Positions 12,248-23,100 of a DNA stretch of 61,788 bases are shown here, one piece after another. The notes beneath the pieces were generated by a model that was given only the letters and a program-made list of their open reading frames with translations, made no database searches and was not told where the DNA came from. Position 1 is the first letter of the stretch; each line of letters starts with the position of its first letter. The translations under genes were made by a program, and so were the position numbers. Source of the DNA: Emiliania huxleyi CCMP1516 (taxonomy: Eukaryota); assembly GCF_000372725.1 (NCBI RefSeq), contig NW_005201551.1, positions 29,544-91,331 of the forward strand, written 5' to 3'.

Positions 12248-14622
12248 ATGGCCGCAGAGGAGACCCTGCAGGCCACCGTCGATGCGCTAAAGGCGCAGGT
12301 TGAGAAGAACGAAGTGAGTGCGCTCGCCAGCTGTGCCGTGCTGCACCACGCTCCGCCGTCACACCGCCTCGCTGCCACCCCTGCTCCCGCCGCAGAAAGC
12401 AATGGACACCTTCTATCTCCTGTTTGCCGCCTCTCTGGTCTTCCTTATGCAGGCCGGGTTTGCTCTGCTCGCCGCTGGATCGATCCGAATGAAGTCGGTG
12501 AAGAACATCCTCCTCAAGTCGGTCATGGACGCGTGCGCAGGTGGAATCATATGGTGCGCGGCACGCGGTGGTGGGTGTCCCATGCGCGTGCTCCTCAGGC
12601 CCGCGCCGTGGTCCCCCACCCTTCCCAAGGTACCTCTTTGGCTTCGGCGTCGCGTTCCACCAGGGCGAAGGAGGGAACGGCTTCATCGGCACGAGCGGCT
12701 TCAACTACGCCCTTTCCGGAGTCGATGACACTAGCGGCGCCAGCTACGGGGCCGAGTGGGCCTTCTTCTTCTTTCAATACGCATTTGCTGCAGCAGCAGC
12801 GACGATCACCTCTGGCGCGGTGGCAGAACGATGCACCCTCACCGGCTACCTCGCGTACGTCATGCTCATTGTGGGCCTGCTCTACCCCGTCGTGGTCCAC
12901 TGGTGCGCGCCGCGCCGCCCGCTGCCTCGCGAGGCCCTTCCATTCTATTGCGCCCCCGCTTCCCTCACCGAGCGCACCGCCCGTGACAGGGTGTGGGACC
13001 CAAACGGCTTCCTATCGGCCTTCAACCCGGAGCCGCCCGGCCCATTCAAGAAGCTGCCCGGCATGATCGACTTTGCGGGCTCTGGCGTGGTGCACCTGAC
13101 GGGCGGCGTCTGCGCCTTTATGGGCGCCCTGACCATCCGCCCTCGGCTCGGCCGCTTCGTGGGCGATGAAAGTGACCGTCGCCGCCGCCCCGCGCACCGA
13201 CCAGCCTCCACTTCCCCCCGGTCGCGCAATGACCCTGAGCACACAACCACCATCACCCTCAATCTCAGCCCCACTCCTACCCCCACTCCTACCACGTGCG
13301 CTCACCTGGCGCAGCGCTCTTTGCGGGCCAGTCGTCCTCGCTGCAAGTGCTTGGCACCTTCCTCCTCTGGTTCGGCTGGTACGGATTCAACCCCGGCTCC
13401 ACCCTCGCAATCACGCCCGCCGGCTATGCGCGGGACGCAGCCCGCGCTGCTGTCACCACCACACTCGCCGCTGCCTCGGCGCGTTTGCGCTTGGCCTCGC
13501 ATACCTTTAGGAGCGGGCAGCCGCCTTCGAGAAGTTACTTGGACGTCCGTAGGGCGCCACGACTGGGCTGCTCCTCAAGCGAGGCCTCCCGAGCCAGCTT
13601 GGAGGGGTCCCAATGTGGGACCTCGCCGCGACCTGCAATTCACTACTCGGCGGGCTCGTGAGTATCACGGCCGGCTGCTCGACAGTCGACGTCTGGGCGT
13701 CAATCGTCATCGGTTTGGTTGGCGCAATCGTGTACCACGGTGTTCTGCCCTCACAACTCCTGCCCTCTATCCGCGCGCGTGAACGCTCGACAATGTGCCC
13801 GCGCAGTCGCCTCGTGCACCATGCGCAAGCTCAAGATCGACGACCCGCTCGACGCCTTTGCCGTCCACGGAGCTTGCGGCTTGTGGGGTCGCGCGAGCTC
13901 GACTTCTCAGCGCACTCCCCGGGATGGCAACGGGCCTCAGCCTTTCGCTCGGCACATAGGCTGTATCGCGGTTGGACTCTTTTGCACGGAGGAGTACTCG
14001 TACTCGCCGCACGCCGACTCGACCCTGTACGCGAAGCGCGGGAAAGTCGATTGTGGCATCTTCTATGGCGGGAGCGGCCTCCTGCTCGCAACTCAGATCG
14101 TCGGTCAGCACGCCTCCGCCCCAGCCCCTCCCGCAGCCCGCATCTCGACTCGCCCCTGCGCAGCACATGTTTTCGTTCTAGCGATCGCTCGCACGCAGCA
14201 GCCAGCGCCTCTCTATGGGCCGCGGGGGAGGCATGGTCGACGTGCTTGCGCCTTCACCGTCTGCCATGCTGCAGGTCCGATCTTCATCATCCTCTGGGCG
14301 GGCGGACTGAGCCTCGCCCTATTCGGAAGCCTCAGGGCGCTGGGCTTGCTCCGCATCTCGGTCGAGGTCGAGCAAAAAGGTATGCAGCTGGGGTGGCAGC
14401 CCTAGGTGGGACGCGGTAGTCGTGCCCGCTTGGGCGCTCCTTGGACACCTGTGCCGGCCCTCGGCCTCACGAGCAAGCCACCCATTCGCAGGGCTCGACT
14501 CGAGCAAGCACGGAGGCAGCGCCTACCCCAACGTCGACGCCGCTCTGAAGTCCCTCGAGGAGTGGTCCTCCTCTGCACCCCCCAGCCCCGAGCGGTTCGG
14601 GAAGGTCGGTTCCAAGGTGTAG
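12248..14622 (+). CDS. AMT1: Ammonium transporter, AMT1-type (multi-exon)
   Basis: Exons encode [75 protein letters not shown] and [12 protein letters not shown], so both pore histidines are present. Stop at 14620-14622. Confidence 0.95.
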
Positions 14623-15062
14623 ATGCCGCGCGCCACAGGCGAAACGCTCTCGTGTTTGAGTAGAGGTGCTGTGGAGCCCGGAACACAGCCGGCGCGCCAT
14701 TGCGCGTGTCCTTAGGGGCCCGCGGGGGATGTGAAGTCGAGCTCAGCGCGAGCGCGAGGAAGTTTTAGTGCGGACGCCTCTTTCTTTGCGTCGCGTCGCA
14801 TGCGCATGTCGACACTGAGAGGAGCGCATGTATTGCATGTGCCGGCATGAATGATGGTGTGACCGATCTGTGTCTGATCTAGTGTCTGGAGATGTGCTGT
14901 CGAGCGGCACGCAGGTCAAGCCCAGAGTGGCGCTGCGGCCGACGTACATTCCCGTATAGGATTTTAAGGAAAGGAGTTATTTGTGACCGATGTGCGGAAT
15001 CCGACGCCGTGAATCCTATTGCGGCGGCGCCACGCTAGCCGAGCTTCGCCGTTTACCCGGAA

Positions 15063-18000
15063 ATGAAGACGGATCTCGACACTCGGGACCCGATGTCGCT
15101 CGCCATCGACCGCGCCGAGCGCGACGCCGCCAGCGCCGCGCAGCTGAGCAAGCGCGCGAGAGCGCTCGCCGGCCGCATCCGCACGTCTCAGACTCACGAC
15201 CGGCTGCCGTCTGCGCCACCGCCGCAGCAGCAGGGCTTCACGATCGGCGCTGCGCTCTCGCTCGACTCGTGGACCCTCGCCCAATCCTCTGCGCCGGGGC
15301 TGCGGGTCGCCACCTCGCCATCGTCGCTGCTGCTCGCCGAGTCGCGAGGATTCCTCGTGCTCGAGCCGGCGGCAGAGGCGCGGGCGGCGGCGCTGGGCGA
15401 CTACGTGCTGCACCCGGCGGGCGAGGCCACTTCGCCGCGCGGCCAGGGCGGCATCTCGCTCCTGACGGCCGGCATCCACAAGGCACGCGCCACCCTCGGG
15501 TCGCCGGGACACATCCGCGACACGTCCGCGACACGTCCGAGACACGTCCCACAAGGTGCGCGGCAACCTCGGGCCCGGCGCGCTCGCGCTGCCGGCCGCG
15601 TTTGCAAAGGTCGGCCCGGTGGTGGGGCTGGCCGGACTGGCGGTGGTCTGTTTGCCCGGCATCTACGGCGTCATCACCCTGCGGGCCAGGCCCATCCATG
15701 AAAGCTAACCCTCGCTCACCATGAGGGATGCCACGAACAGGCTTCCTCACTGCGGGCCAGGCCCATCCATGAAAGCTAACCCTCGCTCACCATGAAGGAT
15801 GCCACGATCAGGCTTCATCACGCTCGTGCGCCTCAAGCGTCAGCTCAACGCGGCGGGCGCCGGCGTCAAGACGTTCGAGGACCTCGCCTTTCGCTCGTTT
15901 GGCCTCCTTGGTGTGCATGTAGGCAGAGAGGCGGACACAACAGTCTTGCCCAGCCACTCGACACCCGCGCGACTGAGGCGGTTGTGGTCACACTGGACGG
16001 GTACGGGTGGGACACAAGCGAGACGGAGAGACGGTCGCACTGGAGGAGACAGACACAGACGCACCGACGCCACACTCTTTGGCGCCGCCGCACCGCTCGG
16101 CCCTCTTCACGCCGCCGAGCTGTGAGCGCTTCACGCCGCCGAGCTGTGAGCAGGCCGCCGTGTGCTCGAGTCGACCGTCGTGCTGCTGCAGCTCGGGGTG
16201 GTGACGGTGTACATGGGGGCGCGCTCCTCCTCCGCAGCCACTGACCCTGACCTCACACCCACCCTAGCCCTAACCCTGGCCCTAACCCTAACCCTAACCC
16301 TAACCCTAACCCCACAGGTGCTCTCCTCCGCGGCGTGCGCCATCGACGCGGCGCCGGTCGCGGGCTGACCGCCGCACCCCGGCCTTCCCTTTGTTGACGT
16401 GCGGCTTGACTGTGGCACACATAGGCACCCTGCGACGACGGCGCCCCGCTGCCCCGCACCGTCGCTTGCGTCGCGGCGGTCGTGCTTCCCGTCTCGATGG
16501 CGCGCGAAGAGACTTAGCCGAGATGCCGCCGAGATGCAGCCGAGATGCAGCCGAGATGTGGTCGAGGCCAGCCGAGATGCAGCTTCCCACGACACGCCAC
16601 GACACGCCCACGACGCTGTCCGTGTCACACCGTTCGTCCGCCCCGCGTCCCTCCCTCCCTCCTGCTCTCGCACAGGTGCTGGTGCCGTTGAGGCGCCGTT
16701 CACACCTCTCACTCCGCTGCCGACTCCGCCTCAGGTACGCGAGATCGCCTCGCTGATGCCTCTCTCCTTGCCGGGCAACGTCGCCATCCTCGCCGCCGTC
16801 GTCGGCGCCTCCAGCCGCGCTCGCCCCGCTCCTCCTCTGATGAGTGCCTCACCCTCTCCTCAACTCCTTGTGAGGCTCCGTCGGCTGCGCGGTGTCGCTC
16901 CTCTTCGCAGCGGCGGACGGCGGCGCCGCCGCGAACGGCACCGCGACAACGCTCAGCGGCGGCGGGGAGGGCGGCGGGGAGGGCGGGGCTGAGGGCGGCG
17001 GTGCGGGTGGCGGTGCGGGCGGCGGCGGCGTGGGCGATTGGCCGTGGCCCGAGGATGGCATGCAGGTGTGCGCCCCGCCCTCGGCTGTAGCTCGGCTACC
17101 TCTCGGCGCGGCTACGCCGCGGCTACACCTCGGCTGCACCTCGGCTGTCTCGCGGGGTGCCGGTGGCGCTCTTCTGTGAACGGCGCCTCTCCACACCTCC
17201 AGCTGTGAGCAGGTGGCGCTCTTCCTCGGCTCCGTCTTTTACGCCTTCGAGGGCACCGCCGCTCGTGCCGCCCCCCACCGGCGGACGAGCCCCCTCCCCT
17301 TCGAACCCCCGCGAGCGTTCCCGTTGGTAGGGATCGCTTTGGTGTTGCCCATCGAGAACGCGCTCTCCGCGTCGGCCGCGAGCGGCAGGCGCTGCTTCCG
17401 CTACGAGGAGCTCATCGTCGTGGCAATGCTCTTCGTCGTCTTCCTCTTTGCTTGTGTCGGCGCGCTCTGCAGCCGAGATATGCAGCCGAGGCCCAGCCGA
17501 GGCCCAGCCGAGACACCAGCGGGTCGCCCCTCTGCAGCCTCGTCTCGCCGCCTGACCGCCGCGCCGGCTGAGACCCCTCCCCCCGTTCGCTCCCCCAGGC
17601 GCCCTCTGTGGCCTTGCCTTCCCAGACACCGGGGGCTCCATCGTCGCCTACCTGGCGCTGCTGTACCCCTCCTCTTCCGCCATGCAGCTGCTCAACGCCG
17701 CCGTCGCCGCCGCCGTCCTGTGCACCTACCCGCTGCAGCTCGCGCCCGCGATGCCGACGCTCGAGGCCGAGATTGTAGCCGAGAGGCGGCCGAGGTGCGG
17801 CCGAGGGGCAGCCGAGGGGCAGCCGAGGGGCAGCCGAGGGGCAGCCGAGGTCTGCCCAGAGAAGGGAGCTGCGCGAGAGGCCGGTGAAGCGGCGGTTCTT
17901 CCCCCCTGCTGCAGGCGGCATGCTGCGCCTCCTCCTCCTTCGCCGCCTCCGCCGCCGTCCGCTCCGCCATCGTGCTCGGCGGCGCCCTCGTGACGGTACC

Positions 18001-18418
18001 GCCCCCCCAGCCGGCCCTGAACACCACACTCGCGCCCGCACGCAGCCTCACCGGCCGCAGCAGCACCTCCGCACTGGTCGCCCGCCGCTCTCCTCTCCGC
18101 GCCCCTGCCTCTCACTCCGCCCGCCAAGCCCTCCTCCCGCCAAGCCCTCCTCTCCCACCCTCTCCCGCCCGCGCGCAGGTCGTCCTCCCCGACGTCGGGC
18201 TGCTCGTCGCCCTGGTCGGCGCCTTCACCACCACCACGATCGCCGCCTTCCCCTTCCTGATGCAGCTGCGGCTCGCGGCGGCAGGCGCCGTGCCGCCGCT
18301 CGGTTTCGGCCGCACACTCATGGCGGTGTGGATGGTCGCCTTCAGCGGGATGGTGATGGTGCTGGGCACCTACACCGCCCTCGGCGCTGTCTTTGGCCGT
18401 GGCGAGCCCTTGGAGTGA
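15063..18418 (+). CDS. Amino-acid transporter, Aa_trans/SLC36-AVT family (multi-exon)
   Basis: Exons give GNLGPGALALPAAFAKVG, FLGSVFYAFEG...IALVLPIENAL, LCTYPLQLAPA and VVLPDVGLLVALVGAF, followed by terminal TM helices ending GEPLE-stop. Confidence 0.85.
16243..16311 (+). repeat. Telomere-like (CCCTAA)n tract within an intron
   Basis: ACCCTAACCCTAACCC... runs into the CCCCACAG acceptor of the transporter gene. Confidence 0.85.
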
Positions 18419-18989
18419 GGGCGTCCGAGGCGAGGACGCCCACACGGGCCGCCGCGACCGCCGCGTCGCCGTGACCGCAACTCGCGCGGACTGCAATTTG
18501 TGTGTTTCCTGTCCGATCGCGACTCGACATGCACATGCACATGCACATGTACTCTCTTATTTACCGCATACGTATCCTGCCCGGAAAGAATCAAACGCTT
18601 ATAACACCAAGAGCCTCTCCTCTGACACTCTATGATGTAACTTATTCGGACCCCCTTCGCGGTTCTCGTTTTTCGTGCCAAACCAGCGCGATCTCGGCGG
18701 GGCGTCAGCGCCTCTCGGAGGGGCATCATGCGCTCCCGGGGCCGCCCGACGGCGCGGGCCTCTTGCCGATGGACCCAGCCGAGGTGCCCGACCAGTCGCA
18801 GCCGCGCTGACGCGCCGCGCGCGACCACCAGCCAGCTTTTCAGCGCGGCCGAGAACGGTGTGTCGAGAGAGTCGACAGTCAAAGTAGCAGCCGCTTTTTT
18901 TCCCTCTTTTTGAGCGCTGCTGCTGCACACCCAGCCCACCAGTGATACTAGACGCACCAGATTCACCCCGTCGCGAGCTTGACCGCGAC

Positions 18990-19480
18990 CCCGATGACCG
19001 CCCACAGGCAAGTTTGCTGCACTGTGAAGGCCACAAATTTGGTTTCGGCGGCACCCTCGACCAAACCTTGCTCAAGGTTCTTGGGTGCAAAGAGCGCGGC
19101 CACAAGTCACAGGGCCCGCTCGTCCATGCGACCGGCAAAGGCTGGGTCAAAGAGCACAAGGGACAGTACTAAAGAAAGATTAATTACTAACTACGACGCG
19201 CTCCATGTCAAGAACGGAATCGTCAAATTTGTCTCGTCGAAAGCCAGGGCGGCATCGCGCCGCCAACCAAGAGAATCATCTTCAAAGCCCGAGTGCCGTC
19301 GACCGCACCGACTACGGCACAGCCTCCGGCAGCGCCGGGGCTTCGCCCAGCACCACTCGCAACAGCTCTCTCGCGCCGCCGTCTGTGGCGATGTGCGCAA
19401 AACATCAACAACGCTGCTCGCAACATGCGTGTCGCGCACTCATTCATGACCGACCTCAATGTCCTCCCCCCTGCGCGCGG
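18990..19480 (+). mobile_element. Degenerate 3' remnant of a non-LTR retroelement (restriction-like endonuclease region)
   Basis: Broken frames GWVKEHKGQY/YDALHVK, LVESQGG and FAQHHSQQLSRAAVCGD resemble the C-termini of CRE/R2-type elements (pattern recognition only). Stops and frameshifts present. Confidence 0.4.
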
Positions 19481-19925
19481 GCCTTCTAGGCCCGCGGGTA
19501 GTCTCCCCCATCCCCAGGGCCTCCAGGGCTCGCACCTCAACCTCTCACAGACCAGCGCACAGCGCCATAGGACGTATTTCCTTCTCAATAACAAGGCTGT
19601 GAACATATCAGCCCTCGGCGCCACCCCGACGCACCTCACCCTACATCGGTTATTCTTGTTCTACTTTGAAGGCAGAGCTCGCTGGTGATGCTTTTCGCTG
19701 CATAGAGAGAGAGCTCTCTTCTCTGCATAGTTGGGACGCGGTGAATAACAGCCAGGCGGACTGGACACGGCCGGCGCCGTATGGCTCAGCCTATGGGTGG
19801 ATGGATGCGGGACAGGAGATGGCGGCATGCTATCCGCTGGAGCGACACACAGACACACAAACTCACAAGACACTCAGTCAGCTGGGCATCTATTTCGAAA
19901 AATGTATCCTCAAGGCAAATCTGCC

Positions 19926-20110
19926 CGCGCTAGGTCTCGGGGGACGAAGGGGTCACACCCGACGACCTCGGGAACTAGCCGGGGCAGTCGGAGAAGGGGC
20001 AACTCCGTGCACTGACGGTCGGCCGTCAGAAAACACGCCTCCGTGGCTCGGGTTACACCAATCCTCGCTACCCAACGCGGCCAAAGGATATCCACCTCGA
20101 GAACCTCGAG
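19926..20110 (+). mobile_element. ~185-bp structured interspersed element, copy 1, 9-bp TSD AAATCTGCC
   Basis: Direct repeat at 19917-19925 and 20111-20119. One mismatch relative to copy 2. Ends 47 bp upstream of ATG 20158. Confidence 0.85.
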
Positions 20111-20157
20111 AAATCTGCCGTGAATAGCAAGCAGCGGCGTCTGCTCTCACCACAGGC

Positions 20158-23100
20158 ATGGAAGAACGCGACGCACAGCGGCTCAGCGGGCTCATCTCGC
20201 ACGACAGCGGCTGGAGCCCCGACGAGCTGCTCAGGCTCTTTGCTGCCCACAGCACGAGCATCAACCACAGGCACGCTGCGAACCTGTGGAACAAACTGGG
20301 CAAGAAGCGCGTTGAGCGGCGGCACGAGGAGCAGCTGGAGCGGCTGGTGCAGCGAACGCTCGAACTCCTCCCTTTTTGCGATGCACGCAACCTCGCAAAC
20401 ATCGCTCACGGCGCGGCCAAGTGCCGGCTGCCAGCGAGTGTGGTGAGCTCGCTGTTCGCGGCGATTGCGGAGGCGGCGGTGCGGAAAGGGTTTGCTGGCT
20501 TCAAGCCGCAGGAGCTGGCCAACACGGTGTGGGCGTACGCGAAGGCGGGCGTGGCTGCGGACGCGCTTTACTCGGCGGCGGCGGCAGAGGCGGCGGCGCG
20601 CGGGCTGGCCGGCTTTACGCCTCAGAACCTGTCCAACACGGTGTGGGCGTACGCGAGGGCGGGCGTGACTGCGGACAAGCTCTTCGCGGCGGTTGAGGAG
20701 GCGGCGGTGCGCAGCGAGCTGGCGGGTTTCGATCCCCAGGCGCTGTCCACCACGGTGTGGGCGTACGCGACGGCTGGCGTGGCTGCAGAGACGCTGTATG
20801 CGGCGGTGGCGGAGGCGGCGGTGCGCGGCGGGCTGGCCGGCTTCAACCCTCAGGCGCTGTCCATCACTGTGTGGGCGTACGCGACGGCTGGCGTGACTGC
20901 GGACAAGCTCTTCGCGGCGGTGGCGGAGGCTGCGGTGCGCGGCGGGCTGGCCGGCTTCAACCCTCAGAACCTGTCCAACACGGTGTGGGCGTACGCGACG
21001 GCTGGCGTGGCTGCAGAGGCGTTGTATGCGGCGGTGGCAGAGGCGGCGGTGCGCGGCGGGCTGGCTGGCTTCAACCCTCAGAACTTGGCCATGACGGTGG
21101 GGGCGTACGCCAAGGCTGGCGTGGCTGCGGACGCGCTGTTCGCGGCGGTGGCGGAGACGGCGGTGCGCAGCAGGCTGGCCGGCTTCAAGCCGCAGGACAT
21201 ATCCAACACGGTGGGGGCGTTTGCGAAGGCTGGCGTGGCTGCAGAGGCGCTGTATGCGGCGGTGGCGGAGGCGGCGGTGCGCGGCGGGCTGGCTGGCTTC
21301 AAGCCGCAGGAGCTGTCCATCACGGTGTGGGCGTACGCGACGGCGGGCGTGGCTGCAGAGGCGCTGTATGCGGCGGTGGCGGCGGCAGCAATTCGCGGCG
21401 GGCCGGCTGGCTTCAACCCGCAGGACATGTCCACCACAGTGTGGGCGTACGCGAAGGCGGGCGTGGCTGCGGACGCGCTGTTCGCGGCGGTGGCGGAGGC
21501 GGCGGTGCGCGGCGGGCTGGCCGGCTTCAACCCTCAGGCGCTGTCCATCACGGTGTGGGCGTACGCGACGGCGGGCGTGACTGCGGACAAGCTCTTCGCG
21601 GCGGTGGCGGAGGCTGCGGTGCGCGGCGGGCTGGCCGGCTTCAACCCTCAGAACCTGTCCAACACGGTGTGGGCGTACGCGACGGCTGGCGTGGCTGCAG
21701 AGGCGTTGTATGCGGCGGTGGCGGAGGCGGCGGTGCGCGGCGGGCTGGCCGGCTTCAACCCTCAGGACATGTCCAACACGGTGTGGGCGTACGCGACGGC
21801 TGGCGTGGCTGCAGAGACGCTGTATGCGGCGGTGGCGGAGGCGGCGGTGCGCGGCGGGCTGGCCGGCTTCAACCCTCAGGACATGTCCAACACGGTGTGG
21901 GCGTACGCGACGGCTGGCGTGGCTGCAGAGACGCTGTATGCGGCGGTGGCGGAGGCGGCGGTGCGCGGCGGGTTGGCCGGCTTCACCCCTCAGGACATGT
22001 CCAACACGGTGTGGGCGTACGCGACGGCGGGCGTGGCTGCTGACACGCTGTTCGCGGCGGTGGCGGAGGCGGCGGTGCGCGGCGGGCTGGCCGGCTTCAG
22101 CCCTCAGAACCTGGCCAACACGGTGTGGGCGTACGCGACGGCAGGCCATTATGACCAGGCATTGCTTGCCGAGTGCTCGCGCGTGATTGAGGTCTCGCTC
22201 GCGCGGGATCCGTCGATGTGGAGCGAAGAGGAACGCTCTCAGCTTCACCAATGGCAGCTCTGGCTCTCTCTGGAGCGAGGGGCAGACGCGCAGCAGCACC
22301 TCATGATCTCCGAGTCCCAGCGCAAGCTCTGCCGCGACGCCATGCAATGCACGCAAGCCATCATTTCGCGCTTTCAGCGCTCTGTTGCAGCTGCGCTCGC
22401 CGCCGTGTGGGGCCCGGGCTTTGAGGAGGAGTATCTCGAGCCGCGCACCGGCTACTCTCTCGACCTGGCACTGCCCTCCTCACGCGTCGCGATCGAGGTG
22501 GACGGCCCCTCGCACTTCCTGCTGCCCGACGGCCGGGGTGAGCGCAAGCCCAACGGGCCCACGCTGCTCAAGCGGCGCCTCCTCGCGGCGGCCGGCTGGC
22601 GGGTGATCAGCGTTCCATTCGACGAGTGGGACGGCTTGCGGTCGGCCAGCGCGCGGCAGGCCTACCTGGAGAGGGTGGTCGTCCTGCCGGAGATCGAAGA
22701 GAGCGAGGTGGCGGACGGCGCGGCGGGCGGTTCAGCCGTGGAGTCGGCCGCAGTCCGGGTGGGCACCGCGGCGGGGAATCAGGCGGCGAAGGCGGTGGAG
22801 GCGGCGGCACAGGCGGCGGCGAGGGCGGAGGCGGAGGCGGAGGTGGGGGCGGAGGCGGAGGCGGAGGCGGAGGCGGAGGTGGAGGCGGAGGCGGAGGCGG
22901 AGGCGGAGGCGGAGGCGGAGGAGAGGAGGAAGAGGAAGAGGAGTGTGAGGAGGAGAGAGAGGAGGAAGAGGAGGCCGTCGGTGGTGGTGGAGGAGGAGGA
23001 GGAGGAGGCTGCGCCTGCGGCGAGGGGCTCCTCTCTGAGCTGGACCGTGCTCGTCTCGCTGCTGCTGCTGCCGCTCCTCGCCGTGGTCGCCAAGCAGGGG

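Noticed and set aside
19926..20110. Helitron interpretation of the 185-bp element (reverse strand has hairpin + CTAG/CTGA)
   Set aside because: Flanking direct repeats in two copies and the lack of an A|T insertion site argue against a Helitron.
20068..22356. 762-aa antisense repeat ORF
   Set aside because: Mirror of the OPR array on the opposite strand.
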